DNA from: Leptolyngbyaceae cyanobacterium
GTDB taxonomy: Bacteria; Cyanobacteriota; Cyanobacteriia; Phormidesmidales; Phormidesmidaceae
Assembly: GCA_965263355.1 (NCBI GenBank)
Contig: CBDHHL010000032.1
Coordinates: 1,056,001 to 1,120,000, forward strand
DNA length: 64,000 nt
Reading direction: 5' to 3'
Shown: positions 40,425 to 52,346 of the stretch, in pieces
How positions within the stretch are numbered: position 1 is the stretch's first letter
Layout: the number at the start of each line of letters is the position of its first letter
The notes under the pieces: generated by a model
The model's input: the letters and a program-made list of their open reading frames with translations, nothing else
What the model was told of the DNA's origin: nothing
The model's database searches: none
Translations under genes and position numbers: made by a program

Positions 40425-41021
40425 CTACGGAAGAGCAGGCAACTTGGATGATAGCTGAGCCAACTCCGATCCAGTTTTACCAGTAAATACCCATAAAATT
40501 GAACGGCCTCCGTCACGCAAACTCCTGAGTAGTGGTTCTGGTGGGCGTTCAGAGGCGACTGGTAAAGGCTTGTAATGAATACCACGACTACCCAAGACAA
40601 TAGTGGCAATGGTATTGGCTCGTCGCATATGGTAGTCCGATGTAATTAAATAAACGCTTTTGATCCCCATTCGCTCAAAATCGTCCACTAATGTGGTGAA
40701 ATTAGTCACCGTATCGACGGCCCGATAATCTAGGTGTAGGCGCTCCAGGGGTACCTCAGATTCTTGAAATACCCAGGTAGAATATTCAGGATTTGCCCCC
40801 GATGAAATCCACACATCGATATCGGGATGTTTAGTGGCGAATTCAGCGGCAAATTCTTCGCGCTCGGCATCGCCGCCGAGTACCAGTGCAGCGGTTGGCG
40901 ATGATAGGCGACTACGTATGTGCCATTGGCCAAGCCATAGCCCTGTCGCTACCAGCAGCAAGGAGACTAAGGTTAAGCGACGATTTTTGCGACGCGCATT
41001 AGGCACAGATGGATTCCTCAA
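40425..41021 (-). CDS. YdcF/DUF218 family protein
   Basis: LVLGG, A.DTVTNF, LITSDYHM.RA. Confidence 0.85.
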   Translation of the reverse strand: MRNPSVPNARRKNRRLTLVSLLLVATGLWLGQWHIRSRLSSPTAALVLGGDAEREEFAAEFATKHPDIDVWISSGANPEYSTWVFQESEVPLERLHLDYRAVDTVTNFTTLVDDFERMGIKSVYLITSDYHMRRANTIATIVLGSRGIHYKPLPVASERPPEPLLRSLRDGGRSILWVFTGKTGSELAQLSSKLPALP

Positions 41022-41184
41022 ACTGGACTAGTGAGCTAAAATAGTAATTTTGAACTATAAGTGAGTAGATGTGCGTAGCTGGAAGATTCTTTATTCTAAA
41101 GGAGGCTAGCATACTCGTTTGGGAAAATGTGCGCTTGTTTTAACAATGGCCCCTCTCTTCCCCCAGCCCCTTTGCCCCGAGCCC

Positions 41185-41568
41185 ATGACCGATCCAGACC
41201 TTTCCTTTTTATCAGGCCGCAACCGTCTCATTCCTGAAACATTGCTGCAGCGGGCGCGCGATCTTCGTCAGCGACAGACTACAGCAGAAGCGATCTTATG
41301 GGAATGTTTGCGATCGCGTCGATTGTATGGGTTTAAGTTTCGGCGGCAGCACAATATTGGTTCCTTTATTGCTGATTTTTATTGTCATGAGGCGAGGCTG
41401 GTGATTGAAGTGGATGGCTCGGTTCATAAACAGCACCGGGAAAGGGATGCGGAGCGTGATGCGTGGATGCGGGCTTGTGGGTTGACGGTATTGCGGTTTG
41501 AGAATAGGCGAGTGTTTGATGATATCGAGGGGGTGTTGGGGGAGATTGGGCAGTGTTTTTGGGAGTAA
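41185..41568 (+). CDS. DUF559 endonuclease-domain protein
   Basis: AR.LR...T.AE..LW..LR, KFRRQH, ADFYC, IEVDG..H, D..RD, LRF.N. Confidence 0.9.
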   Translation: MTDPDLSFLSGRNRLIPETLLQRARDLRQRQTTAEAILWECLRSRRLYGFKFRRQHNIGSFIADFYCHEARLVIEVDGSVHKQHRERDAERDAWMRACGLTVLRFENRRVFDDIEGVLGEIGQCFWE

Positions 41569-41588
41569 TGGTTTGGACTGTAGGATTG

Positions 41589-41715
41589 ACCTCATCCCCC
41601 GGCCCCTTCTCCCCGAGGGAGAAGGGGCGGTTAGGTTTGACTTAGTTTATTTGCATGAATAGTGTCTCCAGTCTCAAAGTCTCTCTCCCCAGGGAGAGGG
41701 ATTTAGGGAGAGGGC
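41589..41715. repeat. GC-rich multi-hairpin interspersed repeat
   Basis: CCCCTTCTCCC/GGGAGAAGGGG and CTCTCCC/GGGAGAG stems ending GGATTTAGGGAGAGGG; partial copy at 41159-41181. Confidence 0.75.
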
Positions 41716-41769
41716 CAGAAATATTACAAAATAATTCGCCAATTGAGGCGGCCATTGTGCCCACTCATT

Positions 41770-42762
41770 TCCAGGTGGGTGTGGTGGATGCGTCGTTTGT
41801 GCCCAAAAGTGGGAAAGCCACCTACGGCGTAGACCGTTTCTACAATGGCAAAGCCAGTCGGACTGAACGGGGGTTAGAGATCTCGATGATCGCGGTGGTA
41901 GACGTCGAACAACTCATTGGCTACACCCTATCAGTGCAACAGACCCCGCCGTCACTTGAGCCCGTCGATGAGGTGGACACAGACCGGACGCGAGTTGATG
42001 ACTATCTAGACCACCTGCGGGCCACCCGAGATGCCTTCCCAGTCGCCGTTCGATACTTGGTGGGGGATGGCTTCTACAGCAAGCAAAAGTGGGTGAATGG
42101 GGTGGTTGAGTTGGGTCTAGACACGATTGGTAAGCTCCGCTGCGATGCCAACTTGAAGTATCTCTATGACGGTCCGCAAAAGCCCCGTGGCGCGCGTCGT
42201 AAATATGACGGTAAGGTTGATTTGACTGACCTCACTCGCTGGCAAGCACTCGGTGAGGTCGAACCCGACACCGAACTCTACACAGCGGTGGTCTGGTCCG
42301 TTTGCCTCAAGCGCAAGGTTCGAGTAGTGTATCTGCTCAATCGCAAACATCCCGAACGGTTATGCTATGCCTTGCTATTCTCCACCGATAGTAACCTCGA
42401 CCCCATTCAACTAGTCGAGGCGTACCGGGCGCGCTTCCAAATCGAATTTATTTTTAGAGATGCAAAACAGTTCACCGGTTTAACGGACTGCCAAGCCAGG
42501 GACGAACAGAAACTCGATTGCCATTTCAATGCCTCGCTAACCGCTTTGAATATCGCTAAATGGGAGCAGTATCAGCAGCGAGACCCGTGGGAGCCCTTTG
42601 TCTTTTCCATGGACTCCTACAAACGTCGCAAACTCAATCAGCATCTGATGGACAGGTTTATTCGCAACTTAGACTTAGACGAGACTTTGATTAAATCACA
42701 CCCCAACTATTCAAGCCTTTGTGACTACGGGGTTCTAGTCTCCTAATTCTGTCCGGAGTATT
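41770..42762 (+). mobile_element. 5'-truncated DDE transposase (IS701/IS4-like) with probable right end
   Basis: DASF..KSGK.TYG, DGFYSK, Y..RFQIEF.FRDAKQFTGL..CQAR; stop at 42746 followed by TTCTGTCCGGAGTATTG. Confidence 0.85.
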
Positions 42763-42957
42763 GTATTATTAGATTTCCCTCAAGCCGATCCCAATTTTCA
42801 GAGAGTAATGGCAGTGTTCGTATCTTAGGCTGGGGATAAGTTTTATAGACATAGATGCAACATTGAAATTAAACAGGCAGTCCAAACGTAAGCATCCTAA
42901 TGGTGACAAGAGTTCTATCTGTTTATCTAATGTTTGCCCAAATTAACAGCCTAAATA

Positions 42958-45900
42958 TCAACTAACCGGAGCCAGACCGTTCCTTAAATATTGTTCTAGC
43001 AATTCTTCAATCTCTTCAGTCATAAATTGGCTAGCCAACTGCAGGACAGTATCAGCAAACGGACGATAAACTGGCTCCTCATCCACTAATGTATTAAGTT
43101 GGTGTCGTAGTGACTTTATATCTGCCGTCTCAGCAGTCTTCAGCAGCGCTTCGAGGATGGCACTCGGTGGTAGGACCAGTTCAGTAATAACAGTGGTGGA
43201 GTTGCTAGTAGATTCGGCTGGGGTTTCATGAATCCAGGTGAGTTGTAGCTGCTGAGCAATCGTTTGGAATAAGAATGGTACATCCACAGGCTTGGCTAAA
43301 AAGTCATCCCCTCCTGCATCGAGTGCCATTTGTTGATCGGTCTGAGACACGGATGCCGACGAAACAATCACTTTAGTGTGTTTGAGGTCTTCACGGTTAC
43401 GCACCTGTTCTAGAAACCGGAACCCATCCATGACGGGCATCGCCAGGTCTGTAATCACCAGATCGGGCTGTTGTGTCTGCAGCAGCTCCAGCCCTGCCTG
43501 ACCGTGCTCAGCTTCGAGAATTTCAAACCCCAGGGGTTCTAGCAAATTCTGAACCACGGCTCGATTTTCCCAGCGGTCATCGATTACCAAGATCTGACAG
43601 CGTTTACCGTCATAGCCAATGATGCGATCGCCACTTTTTAGAGTTGACTGCTGTTTAGCCCAATCGTTTGCTAACGGCAGTTCGGCAATAAAGAAAAACT
43701 CACTACCCTCACCCAGCTGACTCTTAACCTGAATAGTGCCGCCCATCAAATTCACAATCCGCTGACTAATTGCTAAGCCAAGGCCGGTCCCTTCTGATTG
43801 TTTTTCCTGATCACCCACCTGCTCAAAAGCCTGGAAAAGCTTGTCACAGTCTTCTGCAGTAATGCCCACACCAGTATCGATCACCTGAAACAAGAGAGAG
43901 ACTTGGGTGTCAGATATCTCTAAAACATCGATACCAAGGGTTACAGAGCCTTGGTCAGTAAATTTAATGGCATTACCTAACAGGTTAATCAACACTTGTC
44001 GCAATCGCTTCTCATCAGCCAGTACCCCCTCTGGCAGACGAGAACTGGGCTTGTAAAAGAATTCAATGCCTTTCTGATCTGCCTTGATGCGACACATTTC
44101 CACAACGCTGTGAAGTAAAGATGGCAGATGCAGAGCATTGGATGCTAGTTCAAGTTTGCGGGCCTCAATTTTAGCAAGATCTAAAATATCGTTAATCAGC
44201 GTCAACAGATGAGAGCCACATTGATAGATGATATTGATACCCCTAAATTCTTTTTCGGCTAACGACTTTTCACGACCTAAAATTTGGGCATACCCCAGAA
44301 TGCCGTTGAGCGGGGTGCGTAGCTCATGGCTCATGTTGGCCAGAAACTCACTCTTAGCCTGGTTCGCACCGTCCGCTAGCAGTTTGGCAGCTTTGAGTTC
44401 GGTTGTCCGTTCCTCCACTCGCTTTTCCAATTCTTCATTCAACTGGTACAGTTCTGATTGGGCCTGTTCGGCTATTTTTCGGGCTTCGATGGTCGCAACT
44501 ACCTGAGGCAGGGTTGTCCAACTGGCAATGGCGACCCCCACAAAGACGACAATCATCAGCACCATGAAAATTAAGAAGTTACCTTGATTAAGTCCATTAG
44601 AATTCAATAGCGCTCCCAACCACCAACCAATGAGAACGGCTCCACTGAGTAATAGAATCAGAACAATAACCTGAAACAGCAGGGAATCTTTGATCACAGA
44701 CTGTTGACGAGGCTGATACAATTGCTGCCACCAAGCAGTGCGGAAGGGAGCAAAGCGAATCCGGCAAATTGCGGTATTGATGGCAATGACAACAAAGGGA
44801 TATCCTAAACCAATCAAGAGATTTTGCCAGCCCCAAGCAAAACCACCTACGCATAAAACGATAGCTTCCACCACAAAGATTCCGAGGAATAGGTGTGGGA
44901 GTAAGATTTCTGGGTTACTCCGACGCTGCCATAGGATTAGATGCAATATTGTGAACGTTGCCAGCCAACTTGCGTTAGTAGAAACAATAATTTGGTCTAC
45001 AGCTCCCCCAGTGAGAATGAGAAAAGACAACACTAACAGTAAACCCAGAGCAGGTCCGAAAACACCCTGTCGGGAGATTACTGAGAAAATAGGAGCAGCC
45101 AGGCGATCACAGGCAAGTTGATACAAAACCCGAGGAAAGATAGAAACTGCCGTTGCTGTACTTAGTAACAAAGATGCGGTGATCAAGAAAGCAACAAGAA
45201 ACAAGGTGGACTGCCCCCAAAAGGGCTGGGCAGCCGTTACAAAAGTTAGAAAGGCATCATTTTCCAGGTCCACTCCACTTGCGAGGCGAACAATTACCCA
45301 AGAGCTACCAACACAGATCAAAACTGCAATCCATGCCGCCAGGTCTAAAAAACGCAAGGTCTTGATCGGATGCTGGCTGTCTGCTACAAAAGAGGAGGCT
45401 GTCTCAGCAGAGTATGCCGCATAGGTTGCAAAAAAGAACCACTTGGCCCAATCTACAAAGCTCAACGATCCCCAGGTTGAAGAGAAGAAACCAGGACTCT
45501 CGGGTGACAGTGCTAACCAGCCCAACCCTTGTAAGCTAAATGTTAAAAGCAATCCGACCACTGGCAATACAAAAAAGAGGTGCAGGATTGCGAGTGCGCG
45601 AGTGCCACTAAATGCCAACACAAAGGGCAGTAATGTGAAGCCAATTTTTAGGGGCAGTTCAGGACAGGCAAGCCCCATCGTTGTCAAATAGTATTTAACG
45701 ATATCTGTTAATGTGATCGCGCCGATGGCAGGAATTGTTCCCCAACTTAGTAGATACGCGAACGCGACGTAACGAGCGATAAGTGGAGAGTCTTTCAAGA
45801 GATGAGTCAAATAATTGGGTGTTCCTCCTGCTACATCCATCCGATGCATTCCTAGACGTTTGATCTGGTAGTTAGTCAACACCGCTACTAATGTCGCAGG

Positions 45901-46047
45901 AATCCAGACAAAAATGGCTTGAGTCCCCAGGGCAAACTGCATGACAGGAAGCATAAGGAGTATCCCAACCGGCGCTCCTGAAAGACCAAATCCAAACGTT
46001 TCGAGCGGAGTTAGGGTTCTAGGCAGTTGTTTGAAAGAAGTTGCCAT
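42958..46047 (-). CDS. APC amino-acid-permease domain fused to a hybrid histidine kinase (HisKA-HATPase-REC)
   Basis: ~510-aa multi-TM N-terminus ([21 protein letters not shown]); [32 protein letters not shown] with DD, DLAMP, KP. Confidence 0.88.
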   Translation of the reverse strand: MATSFKQLPRTLTPLETFGFGLSGAPVGILLMLPVMQFALGTQAIFVWIPATLVAVLTNYQIKRLGMHRMDVAGGTPNYLTHLLKDSPLIARYVAFAYLLSWGTIPAIGAITLTDIVKYYLTTMGLACPELPLKIGFTLLPFVLAFSGTRALAILHLFFVLPVVGLLLTFSLQGLGWLALSPESPGFFSSTWGSLSFVDWAKWFFFATYAAYSAETASSFVADSQHPIKTLRFLDLAAWIAVLICVGSSWVIVRLASGVDLENDAFLTFVTAAQPFWGQSTLFLVAFLITASLLLSTATAVSIFPRVLYQLACDRLAAPIFSVISRQGVFGPALGLLLVLSFLILTGGAVDQIIVSTNASWLATFTILHLILWQRRSNPEILLPHLFLGIFVVEAIVLCVGGFAWGWQNLLIGLGYPFVVIAINTAICRIRFAPFRTAWWQQLYQPRQQSVIKDSLLFQVIVLILLLSGAVLIGWWLGALLNSNGLNQGNFLIFMVLMIVVFVGVAIASWTTLPQVVATIEARKIAEQAQSELYQLNEELEKRVEERTTELKAAKLLADGANQAKSEFLANMSHELRTPLNGILGYAQILGREKSLAEKEFRGINIIYQCGSHLLTLINDILDLAKIEARKLELASNALHLPSLLHSVVEMCRIKADQKGIEFFYKPSSRLPEGVLADEKRLRQVLINLLGNAIKFTDQGSVTLGIDVLEISDTQVSLLFQVIDTGVGITAEDCDKLFQAFEQVGDQEKQSEGTGLGLAISQRIVNLMGGTIQVKSQLGEGSEFFFIAELPLANDWAKQQSTLKSGDRIIGYDGKRCQILVIDDRWENRAVVQNLLEPLGFEILEAEHGQAGLELLQTQQPDLVITDLAMPVMDGFRFLEQVRNREDLKHTKVIVSSASVSQTDQQMALDAGGDDFLAKPVDVPFLFQTIAQQLQLTWIHETPAESTSNSTTVITELVLPPSAILEALLKTAETADIKSLRHQLNTLVDEEPVYRPFADTVLQLASQFMTEEIEELLEQYLRNGLAPVS

Positions 46048-46329
46048 GACTTAGAACTTTCTGATGAAAGGATGAAGCTATCTTCTGCTTAGATTTCCCA
46101 AAGAAAGATGGGTTTTCACGCGAAGGAAGTAGGTTGTAGTTGACTTTAGGAAACCACAATTGATTCAAAGATAATGAGAAGGTTGCCCACTTTTCGTACT
46201 TCAAATTTCTGTATTTCGAAGTGTCACATTGAGGGATTAAATCTAAAGCTCTTCAGAATATCAGAATTCAGGAGTCAGAATTCAGTGTCTGAATGGCTTC
46301 TAGCTTCTCTCAAGAGACAGTCTTCTGCG

Positions 46330-46425
46330 CGGTTGTTTAGGCGTCAGCTCAAAGCCCAAAGCATGAGCTTTTTGGCGGAGATTGGTGATGACTCGCTGCT
46401 GATACTGCTGTTCATAGGTATCACT
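46330..46425 (-). mobile_element. IS110-family transposase C-terminal relic
   Basis: YEQQYQQRVITNLRQKAHALGFELTP matches the typical IS110 C-terminal helix. Confidence 0.6.
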
Positions 46426-46506
46426 AGTCAAGGGTTCTGTCTTTCTCAAGCTCATTCTAACGACACTGCGAGGCCTAAGAAAGAGGGACAAAACATTACC
46501 GTTGAA

Positions 46507-47526
46507 TTACTCCCCATAAAAAGCCGGATAAACAAACGCAAACGCTGTCGAACTGGGAATCACTGTTCCATCCAACTCCTCAACCACTACCGTCTCCATT
46601 TGCCTATCCCACCGAGCCCGCACTGTGCGCCCTGAAAGTTCTGCCTCCTGGCTATCCTGCTGCTGCACCTCATCATGAACAAATTGCAAACTATCTCCCG
46701 AAAACTTGTTGTGGGGCATCTTGCCATCTGGCTCCCATACATAGCTAATAATTGTCTTTGGATGTAGATCTAACTGATTCTGATTTCGCACAGGAAAAAC
46801 AATGGTCTCATCCGTATAATACGTCCCATAGGGATAGCCTGAATAATTGCGCGTATGGCCAGTACGTATCGACAAAATCTGACTCTCAGGATACTGCTCT
46901 AACCACTGCCCCAAAGTTGTTTTCACGGTAGGCAACATCTCCACATGCTTATTCACATTAGGGCCAACCACTCCAGTCCCCCAAGGTTGAGCATAAAGGG
47001 TGTCATCCGCCCGATCGTACATCACTAAACAGCTTTGGTATAACTTCCCTGATACTCCGAATGTAGTATTCCCTCGATCAAACGCAACAATGGTGTCACA
47101 CAGAGGGCAGTAGCTCACTGCCACATTCACACCACCAATCTCATCATTAACAATCTCATGCCAGTTCAACACATTATACGGATAGGCTTTTGCTTCTCCA
47201 TTAACCACCATACCCACCACAATATCGTCTGGTGCAAAGGGGGTTGTTTCTGCTGTGTCAAACTCCGGTGCATCAATACTGGGAATGCCATCCTTTGGTG
47301 GACCACCGTTCAGCAGTTGTTCCAATTCAATGCGAGTAAACGCTTCAGGGGCGATAGCTTGCTTTTGTAAATCTCCCAACTCACGGTTCTGATCGTGAAA
47401 TACCTGGGTCAAAGCATAGGTTTGTAGCTTTAAGTTAGCCCAGCCACCTGCCTGTACTAATGCTGCCACACCGACTGCTGTCGTTGCTACTAAGGCACCG
47501 ATAGCAACTTTTGCAATCCGTTTCAT
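46507..47526 (-). CDS. DUF3179 family exported protein
   Basis: GGPPKDGIPSID.P, AYP..L.WHEIVND, YCPLC, FGVSG.LY. Confidence 0.9.
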   Translation of the reverse strand: MKRIAKVAIGALVATTAVGVAALVQAGGWANLKLQTYALTQVFHDQNRELGDLQKQAIAPEAFTRIELEQLLNGGPPKDGIPSIDAPEFDTAETTPFAPDDIVVGMVVNGEAKAYPYNVLNWHEIVNDEIGGVNVAVSYCPLCDTIVAFDRGNTTFGVSGKLYQSCLVMYDRADDTLYAQPWGTGVVGPNVNKHVEMLPTVKTTLGQWLEQYPESQILSIRTGHTRNYSGYPYGTYYTDETIVFPVRNQNQLDLHPKTIISYVWEPDGKMPHNKFSGDSLQFVHDEVQQQDSQEAELSGRTVRARWDRQMETVVVEELDGTVIPSSTAFAFVYPAFYGE

Positions 47527-47977
47527 TCGCCTAAATCCCAGTTATTAGTCAGTTTCTATCTAAGCCTAGGCTGCCTGAGCAGCGTATAAGTCAGCTTAAA
47601 AACATCTGAGAAACAGATGAGAAACTTAACACGGGCAACTAACTACTACAATTTTCAGCCCCAGGCAATACAGTCTCAATCACTAAAAACGTGATGCACA
47701 TAACTACCATTGCCGTAAGCGATTTATTCCGTTAAGGTCATTCGCGGTTGAGTCAACGTCATAAACCATTACCTAGATCAACGTAACTTCTTATATCTAG
47801 CGTTCTAAAACCGCTCACAGTCATTTGCAGGATCGCATTATGCTCGTTTCAATCCAAAATGTTATGAAACGCAAACTCTTTAAATTTTGTACAAATATAT
47901 GCAAAGTTACAGCAATTTTTGGGAAGGGTGGGCATCGTAAGGTCAGTGAATGATGTATCGAGATGATACGACGACCT

Positions 47978-48241
47978 ATGAAAAATTCCTTTAACATTTC
48001 CAAATCTAGCTGTGGCTTTCAATGTGCCCTTTGTCAGGACACACTTTTACGACACATTAGCCAAAGCAAAGTATTTTGGTATTGCCCCAGTTGCCGCCAA
48101 GAGATGGTGTGCGAAGGTCAAAACAAGTCGGTTAAGCCAGTTATAGCCACCCATGTTGGCCAACGAAGCCCAAATCAAAAATCTATTAAGGTAGCAGCTG
48201 ACTACAGTCAGCAAGTAAGTATTCGAGCGAGCGAGGCTTGA
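47978..48241 (+). CDS. Small zinc-ribbon protein
   Basis: CALC..LLRHI.....WYCPSCRQEM. Confidence 0.65.
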   Translation: MKNSFNISKSSCGFQCALCQDTLLRHISQSKVFWYCPSCRQEMVCEGQNKSVKPVIATHVGQRSPNQKSIKVAADYSQQVSIRASEA

Positions 48242-48278
48242 TCACAGGTGTTGATTGTAATCAACACCTGTGATCAAG
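48237..48278. terminator. 20-bp perfect inverted repeat between convergent genes
   Basis: CTTGATCACAGGTGTTGATT-GT-AATCAACACCTGTGATCAAG. Confidence 0.75.
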
Positions 48279-48284
48279 GTTTAC

Positions 48285-49778
48285 TTAATTGCTTGCCAAA
48301 ACCCACTGAACCAGTGTTCGCACACCATACCCTGTTGCGCCAGGGTTGTTGTAAGCATTATCTTTTTCACTCCACACGGGGCCAGCAATATCCATATGGG
48401 CCCAAGCTGTATCTTTTACAAATTGCTTCAAGAATAAAGCAGCTGTAATAGACCCACCCGGACGAGGCCCTGTATTTTTCATATCCGCCACAATCGACTT
48501 CAGCCCATCAAAGTATTTTTCCTCCATAGGCATACGCCATAGTTTTTCACCGGCTTCGTCTGCCGCTTTAGCCAACGCTCCGGCTAAGTCATCATTAGGG
48601 CTAAATAGACCAGCAACATCATTACCTAAGGCCACAATACAAGCACCAGTTAATGTAGCCAAATCCACCATGGCATCTACCCCTAGCTTATCGGCATAAA
48701 CTAACGCATCGGCTAAGGTCAAACGACCTTCTGCATCCGTGTTATTAACCTCGATAGTTTTGCCATTAGACGCTGTCAAAATATCCCCTGGATGCATGGC
48801 ATGGCCACTGATCATATTTTCAGTGGCGGCACTAATAAAATGAACTTCCACTTCGGGCTTAATTTGGGCAATGGCTTTAGCTGCTCCAAGCACAGCCGCT
48901 GCCCCGCCCATGTCCATTTTCATCAGCTCAATCATGCTGCCAGCACCGGCTTTGATATTGAGGCCACCAGAATCGAAGGTCAGACCTTTGCCAATTAAGG
49001 CTAATTTACGTTTAGGTGTACCCTCGGGGGTGTAAGTCAGGTGGATAAATTTTGGGGGTATATCTGATGCCATGGCCACACCAAGATAGGCTCCCATGCC
49101 CAGATCTTCACACTCAGCCTGCTCTAATACCTTTAGCGTCAGGCTATAGTCATGGGCTATGTTTGCTGCCGTCTGTGCCAAGGTAACTGGGGTAACCACA
49201 TTCGGTGGAGCTGCCACTAGCTCACGGGCTAAGATGACGCCGTCACAAATATGGGATGCGGTTTCTAAGGCAGCGTCGTAACCTGACAAATCTAGCAGCG
49301 CAACATCGCTAAGCATGACCTTGGGCGATTCAGGTTCCGACTTAAATCGATTATCTTCATGCATGGCTAAGGTAACTCCCTCAGCCATGGTTTGAGTCGT
49401 TCGCTCCGGACTGTTGTTCCAAATGGGGAAACTAATACCAAGGGATGCACACTTTTCGCGCTTAGCTAACTTAGCGGCAGCGGCGGCAGCACGACGTAAA
49501 CTTTCTAGATTAAGTTCTTCCGAAGCGCCTAAACCAACGATGGCTAACTTACGCACTTCACCACCGACTCGGATCACAGCAGAACTACCAGCCTTTGCTT
49601 TAAAGTCTGTTTCGTCAATTAGTTCTTGAAGCAGCCCAGATACTCTCTCATTTAAATCAGACAGCAGCCCAGTCAGGGGCAGCGACTCTTCAGATAAACC
49701 AACGACAAGGCAATCGCCTGACCACTTTAAACAAGACTTATCTGATGCTACAAACTTCATTCCCATCTCAGTGCTCAT
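48285..49778 (-). CDS. pepA: Leucyl aminopeptidase (M17)
   Basis: [30 protein letters not shown]. Confidence 0.95.
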   Translation of the reverse strand: MSTEMGMKFVASDKSCLKWSGDCLVVGLSEESLPLTGLLSDLNERVSGLLQELIDETDFKAKAGSSAVIRVGGEVRKLAIVGLGASEELNLESLRRAAAAAAKLAKREKCASLGISFPIWNNSPERTTQTMAEGVTLAMHEDNRFKSEPESPKVMLSDVALLDLSGYDAALETASHICDGVILARELVAAPPNVVTPVTLAQTAANIAHDYSLTLKVLEQAECEDLGMGAYLGVAMASDIPPKFIHLTYTPEGTPKRKLALIGKGLTFDSGGLNIKAGAGSMIELMKMDMGGAAAVLGAAKAIAQIKPEVEVHFISAATENMISGHAMHPGDILTASNGKTIEVNNTDAEGRLTLADALVYADKLGVDAMVDLATLTGACIVALGNDVAGLFSPNDDLAGALAKAADEAGEKLWRMPMEEKYFDGLKSIVADMKNTGPRPGGSITAALFLKQFVKDTAWAHMDIAGPVWSEKDNAYNNPGATGYGVRTLVQWVLASN

Positions 49779-50046
49779 TCCCGTCTTAGTATCTAATGAT
49801 TTCGGCGTGTTTATTGACTGAATATCATATACGGCTCTCTATCATGTTTATAGTTTTTAGATAGAAATTGCGAATCCACGTTTGTTCGCTTTGACAGCAC
49901 GGTAGCGCATGATTGGACTTTGTAAACAACATCTAGTAAAACGGTCTCCAATTTGCAAGCTTTAGCGTCCTTTACTGAAAACCTACGATGCTGGATCCAG
50001 ACGCGCGTTATATCGTTTTCTTTACCACTAATTTAGCTAAGCCACC

Positions 50047-52227
50047 ATGGGAAAACGTCTTATAAATATAGGCAAAGAGCGATTACCACTGCTGCTACTG
50101 GGGGGAGTCAGTCTGGCGAGTTTAGCTCTAATTATTTTTTTTAGTCAGGCGACTAAACAGTTACTCCCTACTCAGCAAACGGCAGAGTTCACTCAGCAGC
50201 CTGTGGAGACCTCTAAGGCGTTTCAACTGGCGTTACAGCCACCGGAAGTAAGACGCAGCATGTTGCAACAGCTGATTGCTACGGGGGCAGATAGTGATGC
50301 CTACCTGGCTAGCTACCTGTTAGCAGTAGATTTATTAAATCAGGGTCAGGCCGTTGAGGCTTTATCTACATTGGCGGAGTTAGGAAACAGCAATCAGCCG
50401 ACTGTCCTGACTCCCTATGTGCTACTAAAACGAGGTCAGGCACAACTGCTAACTGGGGAATCGCCAACCAGTTGGAATGAGCTACTGACTAGTTATGACA
50501 CCCATAGCGCTACCGCTGAAGCCCGTTATGAGCTGGGTAAACAGGATCCAAACCAGTGGGACGCTCTGTTGGTAAAGCACCCTAGCCACCCAAAAGCGGT
50601 AGAAGTTGCACTCCAACAGTTGAAGACGGGCACGTCAAAGGAAAAATTGTTGCTCGTAGCAACCCATGGTCTTTATCGCGAGGAATATGAGGCTAGCCTT
50701 GACCGTCTGACCAAGGAATACGGTCAGGAACTGACACCTGAACAGTGGGAGACCATTGGGTTTGGTTACTGGGAAAATCTTCGTTATGAGCAGGCATCTG
50801 AGGCCTATGCTCAAGCGCCTGCCTCGCCCACAAGTTTGTACCGAACGGCTCGGGGGGCTCAGATTGCGAAGAAAAGGTTGGTTGCGATCGCAGCCTACCA
50901 AAAGCTGTCCCAAACCTACCCTAACGCGCCTGAAACTGGCCTTGGTCTGATCAAACTGGCGGACTCCCTACCAGACAAAGCGGCCCTCGCTCCTCTGGAT
51001 CAAGTCATCAAAACCTTTCCAGATCGAGCAGGAGAAGCTCTACTCAAAAAAGCCAGTATCTTAGAGCAGCTCAACAGCGCCTCATCGGCTAAAAATGCCC
51101 GCACCTCCGTCCTCAGCCAGTACAGTAACTCTGAAGCCGCTGCCGAACTGCGTCTCAGCCGAGCCTATAAGGCAGCTAAAGCCAATGACTTGTCCACTGC
51201 CCGTCAACTAGCAGAAGACTTGATTCAGGCTAATCCCCAAAGCGAACTGGCTGCCGAAGCTAGCTTTTGGTCAGGGAAATGGGCTCATGCGTTGGGGCAG
51301 GATGCCCGTCAAGCCTATGAACGCACCCTGGCCCAATATCCCGAATCTTACTTTGCCTGGCGCTCAGCCATTATGCTGGGGTGGGATGTAGGGGACTTTA
51401 GCAGCGTACGCTATCTAGCGCCTGAGGTTAGATTGCCTCGACAGAGAGAAGTACTGCCAGCTGGCTCCGAAACGTTGCAACTACTCTACCGACTGGGTCA
51501 AGACGCCGATGCTTGGAGTCTCTGGCAAACCGAATTTAAAAATATTCAAGCCCCAACGGTGGCTGAACAGTTCACCGATGGCGTCATGCGGGTGGGTGTC
51601 GGCGACAATCTTGACGGCATTTTTATGCTCACCAGCCTGGCCTGGCGTGATGATGAAACCGAGCAGGCCGAATATCAGCAACTCAAAACCACCTTTAATT
51701 ATTGGCAAGCAGTCTATCCATTTCCATTTTCCAACCTGATTCAAACCTGGTCACAGCAGCGTCAGCTTAATCCGTTGCTGGTTACTGCTCTCATGCGTCA
51801 AGAATCACGCTTTGAACCTAAAATCCGCTCGGTCGCTGGAGCCATTGGTCTTATGCAAGTGATCCCCAGCACTGCTGACTGGATCGTCAGCCAAATCGGC
51901 GAAAGTAGTAACGACCTAGACACCAAGCTGGAAACTCCGAGTGAAAATATAAAACTGGGCACTTGGTATTTGGACTATACCCACCGAGAATATAACGATA
52001 ACTCTATGTTTGCCGTCGCTAGTTATAATGCGGGTCCTGGTGCTGTCGCTGACTGGATTGCCAAAGGATATAACGACCCAGATGTCTTTGTTGAGAATAT
52101 TCCATATGCTGAAACCAAGGGCTATGTAGAAGCTGTCTTTGGCGGTTACTGGAATTATCTCAGGCTTTACAACCCCACTATTAGTCGCCAAATGGCCCAA
52201 CATTCTGCCCAGTCAGCAAATCCATAA
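50047..52227 (+). CDS. Soluble lytic transglycosylase with TPR repeats
   Basis: RQESRF, GA.GLMQ, ASYNAG.G, ET..YV. Confidence 0.92.
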   Translation: MGKRLINIGKERLPLLLLGGVSLASLALIIFFSQATKQLLPTQQTAEFTQQPVETSKAFQLALQPPEVRRSMLQQLIATGADSDAYLASYLLAVDLLNQGQAVEALSTLAELGNSNQPTVLTPYVLLKRGQAQLLTGESPTSWNELLTSYDTHSATAEARYELGKQDPNQWDALLVKHPSHPKAVEVALQQLKTGTSKEKLLLVATHGLYREEYEASLDRLTKEYGQELTPEQWETIGFGYWENLRYEQASEAYAQAPASPTSLYRTARGAQIAKKRLVAIAAYQKLSQTYPNAPETGLGLIKLADSLPDKAALAPLDQVIKTFPDRAGEALLKKASILEQLNSASSAKNARTSVLSQYSNSEAAAELRLSRAYKAAKANDLSTARQLAEDLIQANPQSELAAEASFWSGKWAHALGQDARQAYERTLAQYPESYFAWRSAIMLGWDVGDFSSVRYLAPEVRLPRQREVLPAGSETLQLLYRLGQDADAWSLWQTEFKNIQAPTVAEQFTDGVMRVGVGDNLDGIFMLTSLAWRDDETEQAEYQQLKTTFNYWQAVYPFPFSNLIQTWSQQRQLNPLLVTALMRQESRFEPKIRSVAGAIGLMQVIPSTADWIVSQIGESSNDLDTKLETPSENIKLGTWYLDYTHREYNDNSMFAVASYNAGPGAVADWIAKGYNDPDVFVENIPYAETKGYVEAVFGGYWNYLRLYNPTISRQMAQHSAQSANP

Positions 52228-52346
52228 TCCATCACACATTCGTATTGACAGCCCTATGCTATTCGAACGGTTGACCCTACAATAGTTCAGATAAATAAGG
52301 CAAACATCAAAACCGTCAATCATCGTTTATCACAAAGCAGAGTAAC

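Noticed and set aside
41655..41769. ORF-track N-terminus of the transposase
   Set aside because: It translates the GC-rich repeat (SLPRERDLGRG); transposase similarity begins only at about 41770.
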